Shown in pieces: positions 44,255-57,370 of a DNA stretch of 64,000 nt. The notes under the pieces are model-generated. The model saw only the letters and a program-made list of their open reading frames with translations, had not been told where the DNA came from and did not search any database. The position numbers and the translations under genes are program-made. Source of the stretch: Eledone cirrhosa (lineage: Eukaryota); assembly GCA_964016885.1 (NCBI GenBank), contig OZ024761.1:28396001-28460000 (forward strand), in the 5' to 3' direction. Numbering within the stretch: the stretch's first letter is position 1; every line of letters begins with the position of its first letter.

Positions 44255-44430
44255 TGTTTCTCTCTCTCACACACACTCTCTCTCTCTCACACACACACAC
44301 ACTCTCTCTCACACACACACAATCTCTCTCACACACACACTCTCTCTCACACACACACACACTCTCACACACACACTCTCTCTCACACACACACACTGTC
44401 TCTCTCACACACACACTCTCTCCCTCTCTC
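43018..44430. repeat. (TG)n/(TCTG)n and (CT)n(CA)n microsatellite tracts
   Basis: Simple sequence with a short unique spacer. Confidence 0.9.
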
Positions 44431-44658
44431 GTGCTAGCTACTTTTTCTCTATCCAGGGTTTATAGGGATTTTGTTTTCAGTTCCTTAATCCCTGTGACAC
44501 TTGCTGTTTCAAATGAGTCCAGTTATATCTGAGTGCTTCCAGGATATCAGGGTTGACAACATCAGTTGCTTTCATGTCATGCCTGCACATAAGTGTACAT
44601 CTGACATGTATATGTGTGTGTGTATGTGTGTGTGTGTGTGTGTGAGTACCTGTGTGTA

Positions 44659-44710
<52 letters not shown>

Positions 44711-44769
44711 AGGTATTTCCGAAGAAAAAGCAAAGGAAAAAAGAGTGTTCTATGTATATAACAGAGCTA

Positions 44770-44825
<56 letters not shown>

Positions 44826-44973
44826 CGAGTAGGACCCCGACGGCTGAGCTCAAGCCATTTTGACGGCTAATTCTGGAGGGTCCTACTCGTTCATATTACC
44901 CACTCTACTTCCCTAAGTATTGAGTACTTTGGTGCGTTATGGTCCACCTGGTTCCTTACCACATTTCCTTCGT

Positions 44974-45004
<31 letters not shown>

Positions 45005-45058
45005 ATATGTATATCAATGATATTAAATAAATGGAAACTATATTTATAAAACCATATT

Positions 45059-45119
45059 TATTCTATTATATATATTTTATGGGTACCAAAACTTTGGTAC
45101 GCTCTCATCAGATAAAATA
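45059..45119 (-). ncRNA. Hammerhead family A copy with G12->A mutation
   Basis: tattttat-CTGATGA-gagcgtaccaaagttttggtacccat-AAAA-tatata-TA-atagaata. Confidence 0.65.
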
Positions 45120-45175
45120 CAAAGTTTGTTATATAGATATTTACATATCCAGGAAGCAGATCTTAATGGTTCAAG

Positions 45176-45227
<52 letters not shown>

Positions 45228-45485
45228 AATATAATTTCAGCGAGATCAGATTTCGGCTGTGCTCGAAAACATATATATATTATATATATATATAATATAT
45301 ATATATATAATATATATATATATAATATATATATAATATATTATATATATATATATAATATATATATATAATATATATATATAATATATTATATATATAT
45401 ATATAATATATATATTATATATATATATAATATATATATATAATATATATATTATATATATATATATAATATATATATTATATAT

Positions 45486-45640
45486 ATGCTTTCCAGTATA
45501 GTTACGTCCCTTTACGTTCTGAGTTCAAATCCCACCGAGGTTAATTTTGCCTTTCATCCTTACGGTGGTCAATAAAATAAAGTACCAGTAATACACTGAG
45601 ATAATTGCTGGCCTTGTGCCAATAGTAGAAACAATTATTA
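45486..45640 (+). mobile_element. SINE family 1, 5'-truncated
   Basis: B box and central domain present. Confidence 0.85.
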
Positions 45641-46353
45641 TCATTATTATTATTGTTTGATTGTGTTGTGGTGGTGGTGGTGGTGGTGGTGGTGGTGGTG
45701 GTGATAGTGGTGGTGGTGATAGTGGTGGTGGTGATGGTAGTGGTGGTGGTGGTGGTGATGGTGATGGTGGTGGTAGTGGTGGTGGTGAGAGTTGATGATG
45801 TTGGTGGTGGTGGTGGTGATGCTGATGATGGAGGTGAGAGTTAATGGCAGTGGTGGTATTGGTGATGGTATGGTGAGTGTTGGAGTTGATGTTGTTGTTG
45901 AGAGTTGACAGAATAATGAAGAATGACAAGGGGAAATTAACTTCGATATAGTTAATATATTATAATTAAGTGAGGAGGGGCAGAAGGGTGTTGTAAATGG
46001 GGGAGGGGGCACCTTTGGTTTTGTTGTTTGTTTTTGTTTGTCTCACATGGTGAACAGCAAGGGAGAAAAAGGAGAGGGTGTGTGTGAGGGTATGTTTGAG
46101 GGTATGTGGGGGGTAAGGGCAAGTGTGTGTGAGGGTGTGTGTGAGAGGGTTTGAGGGTGAAGGTGTGTAGATGTGTGTTGGGGAGTGAGGGTGTGGGGGT
46201 GAGTGCATGTGTGTGTGAGAGAGGGTGAGGGTGTGTGGATGTGTGTGTTAGGTGGTGAGAGTGTGGGGGTGAGTGCATGTGTGTGTGAGTGCATGTGTGT
46301 GCAAAGCAGAGTTTCCAAATGGAACCATTTGGAAATTCTGCTTCGTAGAATCG

Positions 46354-46450
46354 AGACATATCTGAGGATCTTGCGATTTCAGAGTCAGGTTTGATCATTG
46401 CATCGATCGTGCCTCGAGCTGGTCGCCAGAGAAACGATTGTAATATGTCT
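46354..46450 (+). ncRNA. Hammerhead ribozyme with long (62-nt) stem II (intact core)
   Basis: Stem I agacatat/atatgtct (8 bp perfect); CTGAGGA 46362-46368; stem II tcttgcgatt...ggtcgccaga; GAAA 46431-46434; stem III cgattg; GUA site; AATAAA immediately after. Confidence 0.8.
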
Positions 46451-46496
46451 AATAAATCTTATTTATTCATCACACAACTGATTCTCCGTTTCTTAT

Positions 46497-46535
<39 letters not shown>

Positions 46536-46720
46536 TTACATACACACACAGACATATATATATATGATAAATAAGAGAGACAGCTTTATTTGTACGTCTT
46601 CATCTTATTACATAATTCTATCATACGTATTTCGAATATATATACACGCACATATATTAGTGCAAAGAATGTGATTATTAATGTTAAGCAGTCATAATGC
46701 TGTTTTATATATATATATAT

Positions 46721-47829
46721 CATCATCATCATCATCGTTTAACGTCCATCTTCCATGCTTGCATGGGTTTGGACGGGAATTTTCCCACTTGAGGCAAGAT
46801 TGGTTGTCTTGCTCGTATAGGACTGTCCGGCGGGTTTTCTACAGCTGGATGCCCTTCCTAACACCAACCACGTTTACAGTGTGGACTGGATGGTTTTTAC
46901 CGTGTTACCTACACGGCCACATTACAGCGTGGGCTGTGTGTTTTTTTTGTCGTGACACCTACACAACCTCATTTATTTCGGACTGGATGTTGTGGTACCA
47001 ACATAACTTTACATCGAAAGGGTGGTGTGGATGGGGTGGGGGTAGTGGGACGGGGTGTATTTTTGTTAAGAGGTGCCTACTGACTGTAGGTTTCGCTTTG
47101 TACTTAGGCAAGGCGGGTCTTCTGTATTACTGTGTAGCGCCAAAGATCTTGGTCCAGTGACATTGTCTTGGAGAGGTGTAAGTGTGTGAGGTCGGAATTT
47201 ATCAAGTCGTCCCAGATTTTTCTGGGTCTGCCTACTCCGTGGCTACCGTCTATTTTTATCGCCCTGCACTTTTTTATACAGCTGTCGTCTTTCATGCGCA
47301 TCACGTGACCATACCAACGTAGTCTTCTCTCGAGTAAACAACATCTGATCCCTCTTATTCCTAATTTCTCCCTTACTTCACTTATGCTTTGCCGTTCACG
47401 TATATTACTATTACACATACAATGGAGCATGCAAGCTTCGTTCCTCTCTAGTCTGCGTATATCCTCTGCACACAATGCCCAAGTCTTACTTCCATGTAAC
47501 ATTGCTGTTCGTATGCAGGCATCATACAGCCTGCCTTTCATTTTTAGAGAGAACCTTTAGCGGCCAATAGTGGTATAAGCTCTCTGAACTTTTTCCATCC
47601 TGTTCTGACTCTAGCTACTGTACTTGCAGAGCACCCTCCACCACTGCTGATTTTGTAACCCAAGTAACGGAAGGTGTCCACTATTTCTATAGAACCATCT
47701 GTGCAATGGAATGAGCTAGTATTCTGTGGGCATTTGCTGCTACTTATTGTACCTGAGCACCGGCCACATATAAAATCTATATTCTTAGTTAGCTTACCTG
47801 TGATCGCACTACATCTTTTATGCACCCAT
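46721..47829 (-). mobile_element. RTE-type LINE (family B) 3' fragment, ~1.1 kb
   Basis: HKRCS...CGRC...EIVDTFRYLG...ARVRTGWKKFREL and KGRLYDACIRTAMLHGSKTW...RRLRWYGHVMR...GRPRKIW; long 3' UTR and (TGA)n tail. Confidence 0.92.
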
Positions 47830-47885
47830 ATATATATATAATTATGTAATAATTTTCATTTACCTTTTCTACGGAAATACTTAAC

Positions 47886-47918
<33 letters not shown>

Positions 47919-48324
47919 TATATAAACACACATATATATATATAGAGAGAGAGAGAGAAGTTTACAATGTTAGCTATGGGTAGATTCCTAGTTAAGAAAC
48001 CTAAAATAACACAGCTTCAGTGGTCAAGAAACACCATTAACTGTTCCTAGAGCATCCGCGAAGAGTGAAAAACCACGAATATTGGCGGTGGTCCATAAAA
48101 CTGCTTACAAATGTCAAAATATAACATAAAATATAATAAAAAAGGTGGGTGTGTGTCTTATGCAAAGGGACTTTGAATAAACCGGCAAATACGGAATATT
48201 GTTATTAATAATTTAGTGTTAAAAAATATATATTGCCACGAAAAAATAGCCATAAAAAAAATTGTGGAATATATTTACGATTCCACAAATATGCAGTAGT
48301 TTCCACGAACAATTATTAGTTAGG

Positions 48325-48378
48325 TCTCTAAGGAAAATTCTGCGAATAACCAGGACCGCAAATTGTGGGGGTACACTG
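48325..48378. mobile_element. Possible pogo/Tigger-type transposon end
   Basis: Reverse complement cagtgtacccccacaatttgcggtcctggttattcgcag resembles Tigger-type TIRs; partner end not seen. Confidence 0.4.
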
Positions 48379-48847
48379 TGTGTGTATATATATATAGAGA
48401 GAGAGGGGGGAGGGGGGAGGAGAGGGGGGAGGGGGGGGGGGAGGGGGGAGATGGAGAGGGGGGATACAGATCTGTATGAGCAAGATGTGGCCTCCTGACG
48501 GAGGGGTAGATGGAGAGAAAGAGGAAGAGAGGGGATGGGGAGAGGAGGAGGTAAAAGAGGAAGAGATGTGGTGAGAGAGACAGGAAGAAAGAGAGAGTGA
48601 GTGAGTGAGAGAGAGAGTGAGTGAGTGAGAGAGAGAGTGAGAGAGAAGGTGAGTGAGAGAAAGAGAGAGAGAGAGAGTGAGTGAGAGAGTGAGAGAGAGA
48701 CAGAGGAAGGTGTGAGAGAAACAGGAAGAAAGAGAGAGAGAGAGAGAGAGTGAGAAGGTGAGTGAGAAAGAGAGAGAGGGAGGGAGAGACAGAGAAAGGT
48801 GTGAGAGAAACAGGAAGAAAGAGAGAGAGAGAAAGAGAGAGTGAGAA

Positions 48848-48884
<37 letters not shown>

Positions 48885-49505
48885 GACAGGGTCTACTATT
48901 TATAATCCACACATTACAAAACAATACATGTTTCAAAGTTCTATTTACAATTTATTTGACAGTTTTATTAACACTGTTCTTTTTATAACTAGCTCTACTG
49001 TTCAGCCTTGTCCCGCCATCTGTCAATAATACTAGCAGTCAACAACAACAACACACAGACTTGCAAATGAGAGAACTTATCTTACCTTCCACATCTGTTG
49101 CTCATTCATTCACAGACACACTCTCTCTCTCTCACAAACACACACACCTTCTACACCTTCTCTCTCACACCACACACACACACTTTCTCTCACAAACACA
49201 CACACACACTTTCTCTCTCACACCACACACACACACTTTCTCTCTCACAAACACACACACACACTTTCTCTCTCACACCACACACATACACTCTCTCTCT
49301 CACACACCACACACACACACACTCTCTTTCTCTTTCATACACACACGCTCTCTTTCTCTCACACCACACACACACACACACACATTCTCCCTCACACACA
49401 CACTCTCTCACACACACACACTCTCTCCCACACACTCACTCACACACACACACACACTCTCTCTCTCACACACACTCTCTCTCTCTTAAACATATACTCT
49501 CACAT

Positions 49506-49538
<33 letters not shown>

Positions 49539-49849
49539 GCCACACACTCACTCATACACATTCACATTCTCTCACACACACACACACACGCTCTTTCTCA
49601 CTCTATTGCCATGTTTCAAAGATAAGCGACAACTAAGTTAACCTCTACTAAAACAAAACATTGTACAATTGTTCTCTCTGTCTCTCCCCCTCTCTCTCGT
49701 TCTCTCACACACATTCTCAACCCTCACTCTACATACATAATTTGAGAAAGGAAGAGGAAGACCACACACCAAAAAAGTACTCAAAACAAGACATACAGAG
49801 TGGGTATATTGATGAGTCAAAGATCCAACCTTCAACTCATTCATATATA

Positions 49850-50198
49850 TATCATCATCATCATCATCATTTCATTTTACGTCCGCTTTTTCCCTGCTTG
49901 CAAGGGTGGGACGGGAACTGATTCTGGCTTGATTTCTACAGCTGGATGCCCTTCCTAACACCAACCTCATTTACAGTGAGTGCTGGGTGCTTTTTTGCCG
50001 TGGCACCTCCACGACCACTTTGCAGTGGAATGATATGGACCTCAGTCCCTATCATCTCATTTCTACAGCTGAGTAAACTGGAGCAATGTGAAATAAAGTG
50101 TCTTGCTCAAGGAAACAACACATCAGCCGGGCTCAGAATTGAACTCACAACCTTTCGATTGCAAGGCCAATGCTCTAACCACTAAGCCATGTGCCTCC
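49850..50198 (-). mobile_element. SINE family 2
   Basis: Full-length family match. Confidence 0.9.
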
Positions 50199-50207
50199 AT
50201 ATATATA

Positions 50208-50393
50208 ATAATTGTTTCTACTTTTGGCACAAGGCCAGCAATTACCCAGTGCATTACTGGTACTTTATTTTATCGACCCCGTAAGGATGAAAGGCAAAGT
50301 TAACTTCAGCGGGATTTGAACTCAGAATAGCAAGAGCCGTAACTCTATACATCAAAACATGGCGTCTGACCCTCTACTGATACTGCCAATCCA
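50208..50393 (-). mobile_element. SINE family 1
   Basis: Full-length family match. Confidence 0.9.
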
Positions 50394-50543
50394 TATATAA
50401 AAATGAAATACACCCACATATTCATATGTATATATATGTGTGTGTGTGTGTGTGGTGTCCGCCTAAACAAGTTTTGACGATGACCGAAAGAGCTAAAATA
50501 ATCAAAATAATTAAAATAACTAAATAGTCAGAGCTATTTATCA

Positions 50544-50770
50544 AATTGCAAAATATGAGGAAATAATAGCCAAAAATATACCTATTTCTTCTAGAAAGTC
50601 CCGACTGCAGTTTCGCCAATCCGTGTTTAACATTTCTGCACTAAAAAATGCATCATCACTGTGACGTTGATACTGCTTATCAAGAGACCACCACTCAGAA
50701 AAAACTGCAGTCGGGACTTCATGAAAAAATAGGTATATTTTTGTCTATTATTTCCTCATATTTTGTAATT
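50544..50770. repeat. ~70-bp inverted repeat with hammerhead 3' half
   Basis: Arms 50544-50613 and 50702-50770; minus strand GAAA-ctgcag-TC-gggact with decayed GTGATGA upstream. Confidence 0.75.
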
Positions 50771-51303
50771 ATATTATATATATATATAGATAGATATAGA
50801 TACAAGCAAAAGGGATATTTAATTTGTTGGTAATTCAACAAATATAAATGTTTATAATTGATTCAAACTTACAACCTGTTGTAATGTAATAAGATAAAAT
50901 GAACTTACAACCATAATTCTTCATATAATCTAATTGATTATATATACAATATTATAACTCATAATATAGCTAAATAATTTTTTGAAATTCTGGAATCATA
51001 TTCCACCATTCCTACAAACTGTTAATTCTTTTTAAATTAACGTAAATACAAGCTCTTCTTTCTTTCTCTTTCTTCTTCCTACACATACATACATATATCC
51101 TAATAATTATTTAAATCTACCTAGCCTCTAAAAATACCGTTCTTTTTTCAGACTTATACCTCAACCTCATTTGCATACTCATCTTAATAATGTGAAATAT
51201 TTGACTTTTCTTCTCTTTCCCCTCTTTCCTTTACTATCCAGCAAAAACTTGAACAGTTAAGATCTTCTTCCTGGTTATGTCAATATTTATAAAACAACTT
51301 TTG

Positions 51304-51363
51304 TATTTTATCTGATGAGAGTGTACCAAAATTTGGTACCCTTGAAATATATATAATAGAATA
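51304..51363 (+). ncRNA. Hammerhead ribozyme, family A (intact core)
   Basis: tattttat-CTGATGA-gagtgtaccaaaatttggtaccctt-GAAA-tatata-TA-atagaata. Confidence 0.85.
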
Positions 51364-51417
51364 AATATGGTTTTATAAATATGGCTTCCATTTATTTAAT
51401 ATCATTGTATATATAGA

Positions 51418-51452
<35 letters not shown>

Positions 51453-51630
51453 GTTATATAGTTAGTTTACATAACCATGAACCTACGGTAATTACTGGCA
51501 TATATCTAAAGTTAATCCAGATCCAAAAGATGAATGGATTTTTTTTTGTTTCAACTTATCTTTAACTCTATGTTAACATCTGATGAACAACTGATTTCTA
51601 CCATTTCTGGCGTGGCTATGTATGAGTGTT

Positions 51631-51663
<33 letters not shown>

Positions 51664-51750
51664 ATATGCATATATATATATATATATAAATAAATATATA
51701 TAGATATATGTACATATATATATATATATAAATAAATATATATAGATATA

Positions 51751-51792
<42 letters not shown>

Positions 51793-51838
51793 TATATAGA
51801 TATATGTATATATATAGAAATAAATAAATATATGTATA

Positions 51839-51891
<53 letters not shown>

Positions 51892-52402
51892 AAGAATCTT
51901 GCAAAACAAATACATATATGAAGTGTGCGTGTATATGTATACACATATATACATATATATGTATACACATATATATGTATACACGTTTCACTGAAGCTAA
52001 CATGTGTGCGTGCGAATGTGTTTGCGCATTGATCTGTGTGCATGTCTGTGTGTGTGTGTGTGTGTGTGAATGTGTGTATGTGCACATGCATGTAAGTGTG
52101 TATGTGTGTGCGTACATGTATATGTGAGTGTGTGCAAAAGAGAGAGTGAGTATGTATCAGAGGTGTGTGTGTGCATGTGAATGCATAATTAATAGATGTA
52201 AGACTGAAGATAAGCCAAGCTATCAAAGCCAATGTTGGTTGTTGATCTATGGTAGAGTTACTCTCTCAGTATCTGGCTTTTATCACAGTCTCCTCTCACA
52301 CACGCACACATATATATATATGTGTGTGTATATGTGTGTGTGTGTATATGTATATATATATATGTCTTCTTTGCTCACTTATTCCTGGGATGGTCTTTAT
52401 AT

Positions 52403-52514
<112 letters not shown>

Positions 52515-52662
52515 ATATATGTATGTATGCATATATATATATATATCTATAGAAACGTATGTATCATAGATAAGTTCTGAAATTGAATCGTACATCAATT
52601 TTACGACCTTACTATCAAATGGCACATCAGTTGGAAGTTAACATAGCATACACAAACAGGTG

Positions 52663-52722
<60 letters not shown>

Positions 52723-52803
52723 TACACTAAATATGTGTATGTATATATATATATATATACAGATATTTAGTGTATATATATTTATATATCTGCACATATT
52801 TAG

Positions 52804-52837
<34 letters not shown>

Positions 52838-52999
52838 ATTATATATACGCGCATAGGCATGCATGTACAGTTTCACATACACGATCACACACACACAGTT
52901 TCACATACGTACACACACAAATAAAAACAATCAAAGAAAGAAAGGACAAAAGACAAAAACGTAAACATTAGATAATTAAATATAAATTGTAAAGCCAAT

Positions 53000-54270
53000 G
53001 TATGAGAGAGGGTGGGGAGGAGGAGAGAGGGATGGAGAAGGGGGAGAGGGAGAGGTAGGATAGAGAAAGGGGAAATAGGGAGAGAGGGAGAGGTAGGATA
53101 GAGAAAGGGGAAATAGGGAGAGAGGGAGAGGTAGGATAGAGAAAGGGGAAATAGGGAGAGGTAGGATAGAGAAAGGGGAAATAGGGAGAGAGGGAGAGAT
53201 GGGATAGTGAATGGAGAGAGGGAGAGGTAGGATGGAGAAGAGGGAGGGAGAGAGGTAGGATAGAGAAAGGGGAAATAGGGAGAGAGGGAGAGGTAGGATG
53301 GAGAAGGGAGAGAGGGAGAGATGGGATAGCGAAGGGAGAGAGGGGGATAGATGGGATAGAGAAGGGAGAAAGGGGGAGAGAGGGAGAGATGGGATGAGAA
53401 GGGAGAGAGGAGGATAGATGCGATAGAGAAGGGGGAGAGAGGGAGAGGTGGGATTGAGAAGGGAGAGAGGGAGAGGTGGGATGGAGAAGGGAGAGAGGAA
53501 GAGGTAGGTTAGAGAAGGGGGAGAGAGGGAGAGATGGGATGAGAAAGAAGGAAGGAGAGGAGAAATTTGTTGAGATCGGAAACATGTCTGTGTCATTATC
53601 CCTACCACCACCACCACCACCATAACTACAATCATTATCAACATCACCACCACCATCAAAACCGCAAACACCAACAAAACCATCATTAACACTCCACAAC
53701 CAACATCATCACCACGAACACAATCAACACCACCAACACCACCACAACCAACATCATCACCACAAACACAATCAACACCACCACCACCACCGTCACGACC
53801 ACCACAACCAACATCATCACCACAAACACAATCAATACCACCACCGTCACTACCACCACAACCAACATCATCACCATGAACACAATCAACAACACCACCA
53901 CCACCACCACCACCACCGTCACTACCACCACAACCAACATCATCACCACGAACACAATCAACACCACCAACACCACCACCACCAAGATCATCACCACGAA
54001 CACAATCAACACCACCACCACCAGCAACACCACCACCACCAACAACAACAACACCACCCCCACCAACACCACCACCACCACTACCACCACAATCAACACC
54101 ACCACCACCAACACCAACACCACCACTACCACCACAACCAACATCATAACCACAAACACAATCAACACCACCACCAACACCAACACTACCACCACAACCA
54201 ACATCATCACCACGAACACAACCAACACCACCACCACCACCAACAACAACACCAACACCAACACCACCAC
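53000..54270. repeat. GA-rich minisatellite followed by (ACC/AAC)n compound repeat
   Basis: Units gagaggtaggatagagaaaggggaaatagg and acaaccaacatcatcaccacgaacacaatcaac. Confidence 0.9.
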
Positions 54271-54324
54271 AGAGGGCATAAACAACACTGAAAGACTGAC
54301 AAAGAATTCCGACAGGTTGAAAAT

Positions 54325-57000
54325 ATTGCAGTTGTTGTTTGGGAGCCCACATTAAAAGCATGCTGTGTTGTAGAAGTCAGCTGCCCACCTTGATGTCAAT
54401 GTGGTGACACAATTGCAAGGTAGGGACATATCGCATGCTGTGTTGTAGAAGTCAGCTGCCCACCTTGATGTCAATGTGGTGACACAATTGCAAGGTAGGG
54501 ACATATCGCATGCTGTGTTGTAGAAGTCAGCTGCCCACCTTGATGTCAATGTGGTGACACAATTGCAAGGTAGGGACATATCGCATGCTGTGTTGTAGAA
54601 GTCAGCTGCCCACCTTGATGTCAATGTGGTGACACAATTGCAAGGGAAGGGGCATATCGCATGCTGTGTTGTAGAAGTCAGCTGCCCACCTTGATGTCAA
54701 TGTGGTGACACAATTACAAGGGCAGGGGCATATCGCATGCTGTGTTGTAGAAGTCAGCTGCCCACCTTGATGTCAATGTGGTGACACAATTGCAAGGGAA
54801 GGAGCATATCGCATGCTGTGTTGTAGAAGTCAGCTGCCCACCTTGATGTCAATGTGGTGACACAATTGCAAGGGAAGGGGCATATCGCATGCTGTGTTGT
54901 AGAAGTCAGCTGCCCACCTTGATGTCAATGTGGTGACACAATTGCAAGGGAAGGGGCATATCGCATGCTGTGTTGTAGAAGTCAGCTGCCCACCTTCATG
55001 TCAATGTGGTGACACAATTGCAAGGTAGGGGCATATCGCATGCTGTGTTGTAGAAGTCAGCTGCCCACCTTGATGTCAATGTGGTGACACAATTGCAAGG
55101 GAAGGGGCATATCGCATGCTGTGTTGTAGAAGTCAGCTGCCCACCTTGATGTCAATGTGGTGACACAATTGCAAGGGAAGGGGCATATCGCATGCTGTGT
55201 TGTAGAAGTCAGCTGCCCACCTTCATGTCAATGTGGTGACACAATTGCAAGGTAGGGGCATATCGCATGCTGTGTTGTAGAAGTCAGCTGCCCACCTTGA
55301 TGTCAATGTGGTGACACAATTGCAAGGTAGGGACATATCGCATGCTGTGTTGTAGAAGTCAGCTGCCCACCTTGAGGTCAATGTGGTGACACAATTGCAA
55401 GGGAAGGGGCATATCGCATGCTGTGTTGTAGAAGTCAGCTGCCCACCTTGAGGTCAATGTGGTGACACAATTGCAAGGGAAGGAGCATATCGCATGCTGT
55501 GTTGTAGAAGTCAGCTGCCCACCTTGAGGTCAATGTGGTGACACAATTGCAAGGGAAGGGGCATATCGCATGCTGTGTTGTAGAAGTCAGCTGCCCACCT
55601 TGATGTCAATGTGGTGACACAATTGCAAGGGAAGGAGCATATCGCATGCTGTGTTGTAGAAGTCAGCTGCCCACCTTGATGTCAATGTGGTGACACAATT
55701 GCAAGGTAGGGACATATCGCATGCTGTGTTGTAGAAGTCAGCTGCCCACCTTGATGTCAATGTGGTGACACAATTGCAAGGGAAGGGGCATATCGCATGC
55801 TGTGTTGTAGAAGTCAGCTGCCCACCTTCATGTCAATGTGGTGACACAATTGCAAGGTAGGGGCATATCGCATGCTGTGTTGTAGAAGTCAGCTGCCCAC
55901 CTTGATGTCAATGTGGTGACACAATTGCAAGGTAGGGACATATCGCATGCTGTGTTGTAGAAGTCAGCTGCCCACCTTGAGGTCAATGTGGTGACACAAT
56001 TGCAAGGGAAGGGGCATATCGCATGCTGTGTTGTAGAAGTCAGCTGCCCACCTTGAGGTCAATGTGGTGACACAATTGCAAGGGAAGGAGCATATCGCAT
56101 GCTGTGTTGTAGAAGTCAGCTGCCCACCTTGAGGTCAATGTGGTGACACAATTGCAAGGGAAGGGGCATATCGCATGCTGTGTTGTAGAAGTCAGCTGCC
56201 CACCTTGATGTCAATGTGGTGACACAACTGCAAGGGAAGGGGCATATCGCATGCTGTGTTGTAGAAGTCAGCTGCCCACCTTGATGTCAATGTGGTGACA
56301 CAACTGCAAGGTAGGGGCATATCGCATGCTGTGTTGTAGAAGTCAGCTGCCCACCTTGATGTCAATGTGGTGACACAATTGCAAGGTAGGGACATATCGC
56401 ATGCTGTGTTGTAGAAGTCAGCTGCCCACCTTGATGTCAATGTGGTGACACAATTGCAAGGTAGGGACATATCGCATGCTGTGTTGTAGAAGTCAGCTGC
56501 CCACCTTGATGTCAATGTGGTGACACAATTGCAAGGTAGGGACATATCGCATGCTGTGTTGTAGAAGTCAGCTGCCCACCTTGATGTCAATGTGGTGACA
56601 CAATTGCAAGGTAGGGACATATCGCATGCTGTGTTGTAGAAGTCAGCTGCCCACCTTGATGTCAATGTGGTGACACAATTGCAAGGTAGGGACATATCGC
56701 ATGCTGTGTTGTAGAAGTCAGCTGCCCACCTTGATGTCAATGTGGTGACACAATTGCAAGGTAGGGACATATCGCATGCAGTGTTGTAGAAGTCAGCTGC
56801 CCAACTTGATGTCAATGTGGTGACACAATTGCAAGGGCAGGGGCATATCGCATGCTGTGTTGTAGAAGTCAGCTGCCCACCTTGATGTCAATGTGGTGAC
56901 ACAACTGCAAGAGAAGGAGCATATCTATGGACCATCAATGAGCAGTCTGTAGGTCCAGTATCCAAGACAAATGGTCAGCTTCATACTCATTATTATTGGG
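54325..57000 (+). pseudogene. Decayed restriction-like endonuclease (RLE) domain of an R2/R4/NeSL/CRE-group retrotransposon, internally expanded into the satellite
   Basis: Left flank + last unit + right flank translate VVWEPTLKACCVVEVSCP/LDVNVVTQLQEKEHIYGPSMSSL*VQYPRQMVSFILIIIG (one frameshift, one stop). Confidence 0.7.
54358..56925. repeat. 75/76-bp satellite, 34 copies
   Basis: Unit gcatgctgtgttgtagaagtcagctgcccaccttgatgtcaatgtggtgacacaattgcaaggtagggacatatc; counted unit by unit. Confidence 0.97.
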
Positions 57001-57195
57001 ACTGGATTGGCAGTATCGGTTACAGGGTCGGACACCATGCTTTGATGCATAGAGTTACGGCCCTTGCCATTCTGAGTTCAAATCCCGCCGAGGTTAACTT
57101 TGCCTTTCAACCTTACGGGGGTCGATAAAATAAAGTACCAGTAATGCACTGGAATAATTGCTGGCCTTCGTGCCAAAAGTAGAAACAATTATTAT
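57001..57195 (+). mobile_element. SINE family 1
   Basis: Family match; truncates the RLE relic. Confidence 0.9.
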
Positions 57196-57370
57196 TGGAG
57201 TTACAGGATATATATATATATATACCAACCAGCCTTGACCCCCATCATGTGGAGGTATGTGGCATAGTGGTAAATGTGTTGGACTTATGATCATAGTGTC
57301 GTGGGTTCAATTCCTGGACTGGGTAGTGTGTTGTGTTCTTGAGCAAAAATACTTCATTTCACATTGCTCC

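Noticed and set aside
49081-49110. Minus-strand donor AAG|GTAAGA
   Set aside because: No credible acceptor or promoter upstream; adjoins microsatellite
54358-56925. CRISPR array or repeat-protein gene (TSRWAADFYNTACDMSLPCNCVTTL)n
   Set aside because: No unique spacers and no cas genes; 76-bp units break the frame; better explained as an RLE-derived satellite
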